From positions 1,357,210-1,421,209 of the forward strand of contig NW_019091357.1 of NCBI RefSeq assembly GCF_001949145.1: 64,000 nt of DNA, given 5' to 3'. The position numbers and the translations under genes were made by a program. This document shows positions 10,823-23,241 of the stretch, piece by piece. Every line of letters begins with the position of its first letter. Position 1 is the stretch's first letter. The DNA is from Acanthaster planci (Eukaryota). A model generated the notes under the pieces. That model saw nothing but the letters and a program-made list of their open reading frames with translations. It searched no databases and was not told the DNA's origin.

Positions 10823-13800
10823 TTACGCTTTGCACAAATCATCGTACGTCACGGTGACGCTGTCGACAAACTGCCACCTGGACAGTTCCAAGGCTTGGTA
10901 GAGCTCCTCGCTCTTCTCCAAGATCATGCGGTTGGACTTCTCCACGTCAATCGTGACCTCAGGGTCTGCCGAAGTTAGGAATAACAAAAGAACGAAAGAG
11001 AGCCAAAAATTAGTGTTGTAGTTGTAGCATGGATTAGAAGATAAGGGTCATTGTTACAGGTTGGCCAAGGATTTTGGTTGTCATGGTAACTGCATCAACG
11101 TCTTCATCCTGTATTTACCTTCAAGAGGGTCATCATCTTCCTCTTCAGTGACAGCAGGGGCCATGGCAGTACTGGCATTAGCATCACCACTTGCATCTGC
11201 ATTCTGAGAGCAAAGACTTACGGATACATGTCTGAACTCTCCAGGGGTCGACCAATGTAGGACTGCCAGCAAACGCACTCCCAAGCAATGCACTAGAATT
11301 TTAAAATCAGCCTCAAAGAGCAAGGGATATCGGCTTCTGCCTGGGTGATAAACATTGCTTTCATTCCAGAAAAAAAAAACAGAGAGATGTGTAAAAGAAT
11401 CTGCTTTGAGGTCTCCTTTTGTCAAGTTTTACAAGCGGTAAAGAATAAATGATATCGTTCAGTACAAGGCGGGTTGGCAACTCCCAAAAACCTCATATCC
11501 GTTTTGGTTTTATTCAACTCCTCTTGGAGGCATCAGAGGCCGCACCTTAGTTTTTGTGTCACTGGTTTGCGTCTTGTACTGGTCGTAGTAGCCACCGTAT
11601 CCTGCACCGTACTGGCCAGCCATTTGAGAATACTGCTGCTGCTGTTGGGCGCTGTAGTACTGTGGGTAGGTAACAGGTGCATTGGCAGACTGGACATAGC
11701 TGCGATGGAGAGCCAGGGAATATGAAAGACACAGTACAGCAAATGTCACATCAATGCTACATAAGCCTGCAATGCATTGACAGGCTGCATGCTATTATGG
11801 CCTCATTCAATGAGCATTCAACCACCCCTCTTCAGCCCTAAATCTCTTGAACCTCCCATTAATAGGATTTTTTTTCCCACACATCATGGAGAGCAGGATT
11901 ACGAACAAGAAGTTTCCACAGAGTTTTGTAAAATGTCAGTTTGTCATGGAATACACATGTGAATAGGCACATTGAAATACGAAAAGCATTTGGACTGCAT
12001 TGGAAAGACTCCAACGATCGGCACCGCAACAAGTGGATGTCCAGAGGGAGTGACTCCACCGATCAGCACTGCAGCAAGTGGATGTCCAGAGGGAGTGACT
12101 CCACCGATCAGCACTGCAGCAAGTGGATGTCCAGAGGGAGTGACTCCACCAATCAGCACTGCAGCGAGTGGATGTCCAGAGATGGACATAGGTTCCTACC
12201 TTTTAGATGTGTCCTTGGGTAGAGCCCGCCCAACACGGATGGCCTTCGTTCCCAGTCCTCCGGCTCCATTGAACACGCGAATAGCCTCCAGCATGTCTGC
12301 CTCGCTAGTGAACCTGACAAAGCCATAACCCCTGGAGAGAACCCCATCCCTGACCACTATGGAAGAAACAATCACAGTCAACTGTTGTAATTCATGGGTT
12401 AAAACGCTGACCTCAACCCATCCAGCTAACATCGTAACACTCCCTTTTGGCAACCTCTCGCTCCGTTTCCTTTTATCTCTGTGTTGCTTGCGCTGAGGGC
12501 GTTGTTATAGTCAAGCACAGGACCTCTTTCACGGGGCAGCCATCTTGCTTTTCTACCATTCAAACCAATGTAACCAAACCGAGGGTGGAAGGGAAAATAG
12601 TCTGTTCCCTTCTATCAATATGTGAAGTTGTATTAGTATTGCTAATGGGTCTACAGGGAACAAGACAAACATGGCAGCATTGCGATAAAGGTCTATCAAA
12701 AGTCTCTTCATGAGTCCAGTCATAAGTCCTTTCACACGACCAGTCATAAGTGACTAGGTGAACAATGAGCACTGAGCTTGGGAACCCTGACCCTTGTGTC
12801 ATATCTATTTATATCCGTGGGTAATGCCTGACCTAAGGTTTTTTTATTGTCGGGGAATCTTTGGGCAGGGAACCAGACTATAGGGGGCGTGGCTAACTCG
12901 CAAACAGTGAGAGGTCAATTGTCACTGACCGTGGAGCTATTAAACACAAGGAGTTAGAACTAAGTCCCTACAGACCGCGATCTGATTAACCACTACGGTC
13001 GGCTCCATAGACAAAGCATGGTTACCAGCCCCAGTGTTGAAGACCCTAGATATTCTTTGTACACAGTGATCGCCACTACAGGGTAGCTGGTAACCAACAG
13101 ACTCGCTGTGTTTGGCTGTGGCATACGGGAGTAAATTAATGGTGGAAAAGATGCACGAAGAAGATGCGCAGTTCTCCAGAATCGACGTTGGTTATTTGGC
13201 AAAAGCTAGATGTTTTTAAAGTGAGTTATGACATTTTGCATTACAGAACAAATACCCAAAAATGAACTGCGATATTTATATCATGAGCTGCAATCCTAGT
13301 GGTTCCTACGGTTAAAAGAAGGTGGAAACATGCCACAGGAATGCAGCGTGGCGAGGTTTCATGCCTAGCTTATTGTGGCTAATGACTGGAAGAACAACGA
13401 ATCTTCCCACGTTTTTGTGTGTTTTTTAACTTTCCTATAAGCCAGCTACTTTCTTTCAGTTTTCTTGTCAAGTATTTTTGGAGAATTTGTGTAAGTTAGT
13501 AATTCTGTTTATTGTAAGAGAGACGCTTTGGGGATGTCAAGACGTAACCAGACTTTCATTGTCATTGGAATATCAGAACAATCACTAAAATTATCAAAAT
13601 TTAAGTCTCCGATGACGATGGTTTCCGTCTCAAGGCGGCCATGTTGAACGTGCAGTAGTGTTTCAGACACGCATGCGCGGTACCCACACTCCTTTGCAAA
13701 TGCAACTCCGAGCATTCCTTGTAGCCCACAAGCAGCGCGTAATTCGTTTTGTCCTTGCAACACGTGCAGTGCTGGCGGTGGCCGTCATTGACCCTTTTGA

Positions 13801-16617
13801 TCTCTGTCTGTGCTGACTCCTTGTGTTTATTGGCTCCATACACTGACTCGGGAAGGATGCAGCATCATTCTCATGAATCAAAAACTGTAAGGACGAGCAA
13901 ATGCGGGGCTTGTTGTAAAGGGAACTCTCTGGATTGACATACCTGTGGCTTGCTTGACAGTTTTATATCGGCTCGCAAAATAATCAAAGAGCTGGACATC
14001 TGTAACTTCCAGCGACAGATTGGACACATGCAACGAGAACTCAATCTGGTCACCTGACCTGTCGGGAAAGACGAGAGCTTATATTCATTCTTCAGTGTGG
14101 AACTGTTTCATTGGACATTTGAGGAGCCGGAACTCTGCAGGCACAGAAATCCTAACAGTCGCTTGATTGATAGGATGCTCCTTTGCATTTTACATTCAAA
14201 CAGTGATCAAGGGTTAGATCCAATAAATTCACTCGCTCATCCACCTCTAACCAACTGGCAATTCTGGGACACTGGCGCGGCAGCATGAATTTCAGGGTCA
14301 TTCCCCAATGCTTTCAAAATGCTGATGATATCGTCCAGAATTCTGCTTACCCACTGTGCCCATCATATTTGTATCCTCCAGCAAATGCGAAATTGAGTTT
14401 GAATTTTTTCTGTAAGGGCAAGAGAAAACCATTATTAGTATTGAACAAAAACCTGTTATTGATGAAAAGTAACACCGCCTCTCTGATAAAATCAATTGTG
14501 AATCTTTTGGCCTGGTTTTTGGTGAGTTAATTCTTTTTTGACTGTTAAACTGGAGAATTGTTCACAAAAATATTCGGGCCGTTTCAGGGCCTCAAACAAT
14601 AAGAAATAATTGTGACCAATGCAATCAGACAAGAAATCCAAAGTCCGGACTTACATAATTGGGGTCATTTGGAATCCTACGGCCATTGCACATGGTGTGA
14701 GCTTGCTTGGCATGTGGAATCTCTCCAAAATCCACAAAGCAGTAAGAGGCTGGTAAGCTGCCAGAGGAGAAACAACAGAGGGCGCCGTTACTGCAACGCT
14801 AGAGCCAGACAGTGAATGAATGCACAGAGACCTTCACAGCATCACAGATGCTCCACAACTTCATCAGAAAACCAATTTCTTGTAGTAAACCAATAATTAT
14901 GCAGCCACAAGCCACTAGATGATTAACAGTCACTGTTCAGATGTTGCCGTCTTTGCAAAACCAGGATACTGGTTTCTACAAAGGGGTGTGTCGTAAGTCA
15001 GAAGCCTCGTAAGTCCAACAACACAAAAGTCTCAATTTTCAGACTTAAGAGGCATCTGACTTTTGAGGCGTCGGATTTATGGCCTTTTTTAAAGCATTTT
15101 TCAGACTTATGAGGTGTCGGAGTTATGAGCTGACCCCTTTACAACGAACTTTACTTACGAAGTCTTCCTGTCAATAAGGAACTTGATGGAATATACAGTG
15201 TGACCCATCATCTGGAAAGCAGTTCGGATGTAGTTCTCATCCATGTGCGGTTCCAGCTAAGAGGACAAAATTAGAGGAAGCAAGCAAAATTGTTAACTGT
15301 TAGCAGACACAGCTTTGCAGGAAAACAAAATAATGTGCACAGAGGCCTGCTTGCCCACCATACACGATCACCTTACAAAGACCAGTCTGTTGGAAAAACA
15401 AACCTGTATCTTTCAATCCATGTCTGGTCTGGTCCTGTCATATCCAGTACTTGTGATCCATATACAGACAACACTTGATGCCCGTATGAACAAACCTATG
15501 AGACTTGTCTGGAGAAAGTGTTTTCTAAGTCAATGCTGTGGAGATTTCTTTTTTCGAAAATGTTTTCACTTTCTGATGGCTGTTATAGCATTTTAAGGGA
15601 AAGTTAGTGTTGTCCGTACATAAAACTCTTTCCCTTTCTGTTTTGAACCATCTTCCTCACTGCTCAATGCAAGTAATCAGAAAGAAACACAGTCATCTGG
15701 AGGTGAATTTATTGACAGCAAAATTGAGTGATCATGCAGTGATTACGTGATTGTGCAGACTGACAAATCGCATCCAACATAGGCCTACAGGATGCCGGAC
15801 AACTCAACCGTTTGCCAGCTCGACTCAGTACAACTTGACCATTGAGACAACTCGACTATTTGTCAAGTCGTCCATTAGGACAACTCGACTTTGAAAGAAA
15901 GAGAACTCGACCTGTGAGATGTCTACACATAATACAGTCATTTTCACAATTCTGGATAGGAAAATTGGTCAGTCAGATTGCAGCTACAAAAAACCTCAAA
16001 TGCTGGTCAAATGTGGTCAGTAGTGGTTAGAGATACTACAAAATTATTTTAATTTGGATGTACAGGATTGATGAAAGTGAAGACAGCACTTTTCCTGGTT
16101 CTGAATTCTGGATCGGTTGACCCAGTTTGCAATCTAAATCTTGTTCACAAATAAAAAGTAACCTCGCTAGAAATCGATTTTTCAGCCAGAACATTTATGA
16201 ATGTTGAGGATGCTGGGACGGGATAATTTTGGCATTTGCAAGTTGGATTCTCCCACCGTTAGGTGATTGCTCAAACGTCAATGTTTTCATTTGTTCCATC
16301 TAGCGTTAGGTCTACGTCTCTGTTACTGAAGTAAAAAATGAATGATAATCAGTGGGCCAATGTGGAGATGGGGCGAAGTGGTTAGGGGCGAAGTGGTTAG
16401 TGGCAACGTGGAAATGGGGCCAAGTGGTTAGTGGCAACGTGGAAATGGGGCGAAGTGACCGACACCCCGTGTGGGGCTAGGTGAGCAGGTGCGCACCGGT
16501 GACGTGAGCGTCTTCATTAAACTCGTCTACCCTAACTGTAGTTGCAAAGGTTAGGTCTTAAACACTTACATCGCCCATCCAGAGGCTTGGATTTGTACAC
16601 TGTCCATAGGCAGCCAT
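10823..16617 (-). CDS. TRNAU1AP: tRNA selenocysteine 1-associated protein 1 (SECp43): two RRMs plus Tyr-rich/acidic C-terminus, 9 exons
   Basis: Minus-strand exons: 16617-16570 (MAAYGQCTNPSLWMGD), 15256-15159 (LEPHMDENYIRTAF), 14757-14655 (YCFVDF), 14409-14351 (KKFKLNFA), 14058-13943, 12356-12200 (SRGYGFVRF), 11699-11546, 11203-11119, 10965-10823 (SEELYQALELSRWQFVD). SLWMGDLEP and SEELYxAL are SECp43 hallmarks. Confidence 0.93.
12015..12182 (+). repeat. 45-bp minisatellite x~3.7 in TRNAU1AP intron 6
   Basis: AAGTGGATGTCCAGAGGGAGTGACTCCACCGATCAGCACTGCAGC at 12031, 12076, 12121 and a partial copy at 12166. Confidence 0.92.
13560..13660 (-). mobile_element. Possible decayed LINE endonuclease fragment
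   Basis: Minus-strand peptide LETETIVIGDLNFD resembles the AP-endonuclease 'hhhGDhN' motif of non-LTR retrotransposons. No other motifs were found. Confidence 0.3.
14981..15139. mobile_element. MITE-like element with AAGGGG...CCCCTT termini and ~15-bp internal subrepeats
   Basis: Left TCGTAAGTC units are mirrored by right GACTTATGAG units; TACA flanks both ends (14977-14980, 15140-15143). Confidence 0.6.
15798..15912 (+). repeat. Degenerate ~15-16-bp tandem (CAACTCGAC core)
   Basis: About 7 imperfect CAACTCGAC copies. Confidence 0.55.
16354..16468 (+). repeat. Dispersed repeat of 15-bp GGGGCGAAGTG units (copy 2), TRNAU1AP intron 1
   Basis: About 7 tandem 15-mers ending GTGGAAATGGGGCGAAGTGACCGACACCCC. 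Confidence 0.75.
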
Positions 16618-16978
16618 TACCAGCTTAAGATTTTTGTAAATAACTGTCTAAGAAGAAAGATGAGAAGTATTTATTACACAAAACCTTGCTAGCAAGTTGC
16701 GTGGACCATTACCAGAGGCTACGCGGCATGCGCTGCTCACAAACAAAATAAGTAAAACGCCCCCAACGTCAACTTCGAAATTTTTAGACTCATTTAATAT
16801 TATTGTAATAAAGGTGTGAATTTTTTTTCTATAAAAGTACAATATGTATGTCTATTTAATTTGTTGTAATATATTATAAATATTTATACTGTATGTAATG
16901 CCTTTGCAGAACAATTATAGATTTTTTTTCCGTTCGTTGTGTTTAGAACCACCGTGACTCTCCAGAAATAAATTTAAG
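16618..16978. promoter_or_regulatory. Bidirectional promoter region TRNAU1AP/PAK1IP1
   Basis: Start codons diverge 361 bp apart. AT-rich core at 16790-16930, CpG-containing patch near 16700-16770, and a YY1-like AAGATGGC overlapping the PAK1IP1 ATG. Confidence 0.7.
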
Positions 16979-19900
16979 ATGGCTGCGCCCACGTGCATGG
17001 AACTTTATGCGGGTTGTTACGAAAGAACAACCCTTGGTTATGTGGTTAACGAAAACGTAAACGAGGTATAATTTATTTACAACGCAGATCAGGAGAAGCA
17101 TTTTAGTATAGCTTATTTTGAATTATCTCTTGGCAATGTCATGCATGTTGGCAGGCAGGGCTTGCGTTGCGCCACCTGACGTGATGTGTACATCATGTGT
17201 GCACGCTCGACTGGCGGTTATCATGACGTTGCGCGGTGCGCGAGCACAGTGTGATGAGCGTATCTGTAGGCCCTATCTGTATCTGTTTGCTAGTAATGTA
17301 CAATGATGTGCCAATGACATGCCAAAGCAAACCCCTACCCCGAACTGTCCTGACTGTGGGATCCAACCCACTCCCAGAGCAGGGCAGGCGTTGGAATCCA
17401 CAGTTCTGGGGTAGCAAACCCCATATCATGCTATAGTAAAGGTAGTTGTGAATGATAAAATCATTGGAGAGTCTACAACATTTTAAAAGTATTTTTTGAC
17501 AGAATTGGAAATGATATTCAGTATGTTCAGCATGATCAGCCTCCACCGGTCATGCTATTTAGCATCAACAAGCATCAACACATAGCGTCAACAAAGTGTC
17601 AACAACTTGAAAATATCCTTTTAGAATTTAAAAGTAATTTTATCTAAATTTAGAGACTTTAAAACCTGCCAATGTGTAAAAGAAACACCGAATTCGCTCC
17701 CAGATTCAGGCACAAAAACCAAACTTTTTTGTGATGTATGGAGGCCACCATCTTTCTTTACTCTACTGTCCACGCGAATACAAGATGGCGGCCGGTCAGG
17801 CTGCATGAGCAGGCCCGAATTTGCTGCTCAGATTTCCATCTTCAAATATTATTTTCGATAATATGATACGTTGAATATGATATGTAGGATCCTTACTAAT
17901 ATTGTAAATATAGAATATTTGTATAAAAATGCTTGAACATTTAGTTGACGCTTGTTGACGCTAAATAGCATGACCCGCCTTCAGTGGTCTCAGATTCAAA
18001 TCATTTTGTAACATTTTGATAGGCCGAAGTACACTAAATGACAGACTGGTCTTCACTTGGATCATGTGATACATGAGCAGACTGTGAAGTATGTAGACAT
18101 GTTTACACTCTTCATTTAGGCCAAGTTTGTTATTAAGGCCAAGTTCACTGACAACTCCCACATTGGCTATGTGAAGACGCTGGCTGCTAGTGAATCATTT
18201 CTGGCAACTGGGAGTACAGATGAAACCATCCATCTTTACAATCTGGTGACCAACAGAGAGCTTGGAACATTGCTTCAACATAATGGTAACAAGAAAATCC
18301 CTCCCCCCAGCCATTATCAGCTTACTGAAAGAACCTTATGCAGTAATTGATTTTTTTGTCAGAACATTGGTCAGTGCATTTTACATCTTGATCCTGTTAG
18401 GGTCCTAGTGGACTGGGGATGTTTTGTGGAAACTTTTGACTGAATGACAAACAGCGTTTTGAAAGGGAGCAGAAGCATTGGAGGGATGCTGAACTCTTCA
18501 AGACAAAAGTTGCAACTTTTACAGTTTGAGTCGGATTTCCCTATATTTCTCTTTTTGTTTCAGGCTCAATTACAAGCATATGTTTCCATGGCGACAGTCA
18601 CATGATTAGCGGCAGTGCTGATGGAACTATTGGTATTTGGCACACTGCATCCTGGGAACTCATGAAAAGCTTACGAGCTCATAAGTAAGTATGGCATGCC
18701 ATGATTCTTTGTAGAAGTAGACATAGAAAATCAGTCTGCATTTAAAAAAAAATTGATGTGCAGCAAAAGAGATCAAAAATCAGCGAGAGGTTTGAATATT
18801 TATTTTATGTAATCCATACCTAAGCACTAATAGTATCAAGCAAGAAAATGAGGAGCAGAATTAGATCTGAATTTTGTCCAATTTATCCAAATCAATTGCT
18901 AAATGATTGATGATTTTCTTTTTTCAGGGGCGGAGTCAACTCTGTGGCCATTCATCCATCTGGGAAGCTGGCTCTAACAGCTGGGCAGGACAAGTCACTT
19001 CGAACCTGGAACCTAGTCAAGGGAAGGGTGGCGTACACCACCAACATCAAACAGGGTGAGATAAAGAGACAGAGTGACAGAAACATGAACAGTTAAGCTG
19101 GTTCTGAGGGCTAGACGGAACGATTGACCAAGGACTTAAACATGGGAGGGGTAAAGACTGGAGGGGTGGGGAGGACCATTAAGATGCACCAATACCAATA
19201 GATACTGCTCTGTCAGCCAGACTGTGACATAACCAAACAGACAAATAGCCGGGTAACTATTGCTTGAACTGTATGTTTTTCATTACTTCCTTAGTGGCCG
19301 ACTTCGTGTCATGGTCACCCGACGGTGAACTCTACATAGTTGTCGGCGACAGCATCATCAACGTATACACAATTACCACGGCAACCATTACCAGCTCAAT
19401 AGACTGTCAAAGGAAAATTCTTGCTGTTTCCTTCGTAACAGTAGGTATCACATTGAAGGTCATCCATGTTGCTGCTGCATGACATGAATGACCAAGTTAG
19501 AAATCCTGCCCCGGTTGAAATCACCTCACTGCAATCACCAGCAGATAGCTGCAAAATTGTGAACAGTCTCAAGCCTAAGACTCAACTCTCAATTGGTCTT
19601 TTGTGACTCCTTTCCTTTTCAAGATTTCTGAGCAATTTGACTGACTGTAGTTTGGGAGTAATTTTCTTTTATTAATCAGAATTGTTAAAATTGTTTGTTT
19701 AAGAATCGTATTCTGGCAGTTGGAGGAGAAGGTGGAAACATTCAACTCTTTGAGCTCTCTGAGGGAAAATCCACCTGCCGATGTGACTTCAAGGCTCACG
19801 AAAACAGGTCGGGACTGCTTAGAAATACACACCCCTGTAAATGTGATTATCAGAGCCAACAAAACCCTGATTCATCAATTCTACAGAAAAAATGGCCCTG

Positions 19901-21013
19901 AGCAAGATATTTCACCACGATTGATTCTCCACACTCTTCTCTTCCTACCTTCCATCGTCATTACTGTTGAGCTTCATCACTGAACACCGAGTGTGTGTGT
20001 GGTTTTTTCCAGAGTAAAAGGAATTCAGTGCACATCAGACCGCAGCAGTCAACCGGAGGAGAACTGCAGGTGGTTAGTGACAGTCTCCAGCGACAGCCAT
20101 CTCAAGATTTGGTCTGTTAATGTTGAAACAGTAAGCACGCTTCAGTTTTCCTTAAACTTACCACACAAATTCAACCAGACTCCAGCAGCAGCTACCGAGC
20201 AAATCTGCTAAATCTGAAAAAAGTGGCCGCTTTGGGGACTTTCTTAGTGTGTGCCTGGCCAAATATAGTTTGAAGGCCAGTTAAACTAAACTGAGAAAGA
20301 AGTAGAAATCTTGAGTGTCAGTTGAAGGATTTTGTAGGGGTAGATAAAAGACTTTTACAGTATTGTCGTTTGATCTTGCAACACCTTAGCTAGATGAGCC
20401 AACTCTACTTGCTGACGTGAACACCACAGCAAGATTAACTTGCGTTGGGGTCAGGCCAGTCCTGAGCCAGTCAGCAGACAGCCCAGTTGGAAAGCCAGGA
20501 GTCCCAATGACGGACAAGTCAAGGGAGAGTTTGGAAGAAGACAGCACCCTCACCAAACGGAAAAACACTGGTGCAGAGCAAGGTGGGTCACGTTGTTCTG
20601 AAAGGTGGACTCGGACAAAAACAGGAACATCCAAGGAGTGGAATCTCTCAGTTATGGATGTATGCCTCTCAAATTGCCTTCATGGTAGATCCAACTCTTA
20701 CAGCAGTCCCTTCTCCATTTGAATTCTCACCCAGAGTTGTTGCTCAAACAATGCTGACGATACATTTGCAGACATTTTTGTCAAGTACATGCTCAAATTA
20801 CATAATTTGCTCCCCTAAGGATTTGTGTTTTAGAAATATCATTCTCTTGTTACTCTTAGTGCAGGTATCAAAGCTCAAAAGTTCTGCAAACATTCCTGTC
20901 AAAGCGAGCTCGCATTTCCATCATTTCACAGACTGAACTGAAGCTTTCTCCTTCTCAATCTCTTCACAGATTCAAGGAAGAAGAAATTCAAGGCCAGAAA
21001 ACAGAGACCTTGA
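16979..21013 (+). CDS. PAK1IP1: PAK1-interacting protein 1 (Mak11-like WD40 60S biogenesis factor), 9 exons
   Basis: Exons: 16979-17065 (MELYAGCYE), 18120-18285 (LATGSTDETIHLY), 18564-18684, 18928-19055 (IHPSGKLAL...LRTWNL), 19295-19440, 19704-19807 (FKAHENR), 20013-20130, 20390-20582 (TTARLTC), 20970-21013 (basic tail, stop). Phases are consistent. Confidence 0.93.
17336..17413. mobile_element. 78-bp hairpin MITE, 9-bp TSD (copy 2, same family as 1163-1228)
   Basis: Termini TACCCCGAACTGT...ACAGTTCTGGGGTA; perfect flanking direct repeat GCAAACCCC (17327-17335, 17414-17422). Confidence 0.78.
17547..17976. mobile_element. Non-autonomous DNA transposon (MITE) with ~30-bp TIRs in PAK1IP1 intron 1
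   Basis: GGTCATGCTATTTAGCATCAACAAGCATCAAC vs GTTGACGCTTGTTGACGCTAAATAGCATGACC; imperfect 8-bp flanks GCCTCCAC/GCCTTCAG. Confidence 0.75.
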
Positions 21014-23241
21014 GTGGACAATTTGGAAGTGTTGAATAACAAACCATGAACACTTTTTGCAAATTTTTCTTGTACCCTGTCTAAATGAAAACCCAGCATT
21101 CTAAAGACACCCAGTACCACTTTGGCCATACTTAGTAAACCATTAATGTTCACCAATAAAAAAATTAATTTCAAAGTAGGACTTGAAGCCCTGCATTTTA
21201 ATCGTAGCTTGTTGCTGTGAGCCCCGAGCGGGACCAAGAGAGGGCGCAGTTTTCCTAGCAACAAAGGCTCCAATGGTCAGAACTGGACTTCGTTCACAAC
21301 GAACTGGACTTGGTTCACAAATGAATATGAAATGCACATGCTACGGTCACATCATCTACCAACGAAATTAACATTCCTGACCGACATGGCTCTGTAAAAC
21401 CGATGAGGGGGTGCTTCTGCTCAAGGAGGATTGTCCTGAATTATTCAAATCATGGAAAATTCCTGTTGGAATTTTTTAAGACATGAGGCAGCTTGGGTGA
21501 AAGTGCTTCAGCCTATCACAAATTTTTTTGTAAAGATAATTATTTCTGTTTTCCATTTCAACAGCAATCTCAGACTCAAATCAGTAATCATTCGAAATAG
21601 CAAGCTTGTAATTTTAACTGTCTTTTGATCGTATTTATCAATATTTGTAAAAGCTTCACAATAACAATCTTTCCTTATATTTCCTGATGAGACATTTCTG
21701 CCATTGCAGTCAAGTGGCAATACCTGGTTAATATTTTTGTTGTAAGGAATGCAGTGTGTGTGTAAAATAAATGAAATAAATGGAGACGAGTGAATGCGAT
21801 CTGAAGAAAGTGGAACTGTAGAAGTTCATTAATTTCCTGTTCTTTTAACATATTTGGTGATGAATTAAATTGCTTGTTTCTGTATCCACGTTGTATATAT
21901 ACTCTAGTTTGAAATATATGATTTTTGGGGGGAGGGGGGTTGGAGAAGGTTGTATTGTTTTCTGTATCTGAAAGGGTCTGGCAACTGTTTGTTTCTTGAT
22001 TTTATCTTGATTTTATTTTGATCAGCCTTATTGCAGATACCGCATGGGTGATTTTGCACAATGGTAGAAAGGCATTGTGGGAAGTAAAAAGGAGGAAATG
22101 TCATAGTAGGCCTCACCTGTTCATTTACCTTTGCGTAAAGAGGGACACCTGTTGAAAATCCCTGGGTTGTCCCCACGCTGTTGCAGAAACTTGTATTTCT
22201 TCCACTTTATCTGTAAAGTAATTGAAAACGTTCGGCGTGTTATGAGACGGGTTTGGGAAACAGAGCTTAGTATTGAACGAAAGAGGGCGCTGTTTCCGAA
22301 AACAAAAGCTTGGACCTGATCCTCCATCGTGTCGTTTATCGTTTTCTCGCGGGCCTTCCTTCCTCCGTGGCTCCACAGGATGTTAAGAATGTATTTGCGC
22401 AAGATTACGAGAATCTATATGTACTGCTGGGTTTTCTGACATGCCTTTAGACTGAAAGTGGTGAGTTATATTATGAAAGCAGCTTTGGCTTGTGTTTACT
22501 ATATACAAAGTTGACAAAATGACCACAGTCGCTAGGCACAGCCTGACACCAGCAGCACGATTATGACACGTATGAATACTGTATCGGCCTAGGCCTACAT
22601 CGTGTTGGGAGCATACTAAACCGTAAAGTAAGCCTACATCATCTGATCCTCGTGATATTACATATAAATGATTAAGGCTACATGATTTTAGTACTTGCCT
22701 AAGTGAGTCTAGCTACGTTGTTGTATGCAGTCATATGACTGTTTTTTTTTAGTGTTAGCAGACGTGGACACGTATTTATCATATCAGTAGGCCTATGCAC
22801 ATTCCCAGCCATGTGCCAGATGGCAGATATTGTCATACTACATAATTATGATGATACTTGATAGCCTCATTATCATATTGGTAAGTATATAGTTGTAAAC
22901 CCTTGCTAACATGATTAGATCAGTGTTAGATGTTGCTAGTTTGCAATTTCGATTGGATAAAGTTTTGGGCCAAAAACTATAGTTGAAAAGCAAAGAATAG
23001 CCATGATGGCCATTGTTTTAGAAGGCATCCCAGGGTCAGGGATGCTTTCTATCTGTTTCCAGAAGTACTATTATTTTAGCCTTTTATTCCAACATGCACA
23101 TGTACGGTACAAGATGCCAAGTGTATCATGGTGTAAACATACACTTTTTCCAATTGACAGAGAAATGACGTAAAACCTTGGTTCCAGACTGTGACCATTG
23201 ACCACCGATCGACCCACCAAAGCATCGCTGACTTATTCACT

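Noticed and set aside
12560..13050. Peptide STLGLVT encoded twice on the minus strand with different codons
   Set aside because: The residues are common, similarity does not extend, and there are no supporting splice sites, so it is compatible with chance.
17245..17358. C/D box snoRNA (CACAG-T-GTGATGA...CTGA-CTGTG)
   Set aside because: The boxes and terminal stem look canonical, but the D box lies in a short insertion inside the hairpin MITE (17336-17413), and I could not identify an rRNA-complementary guide.
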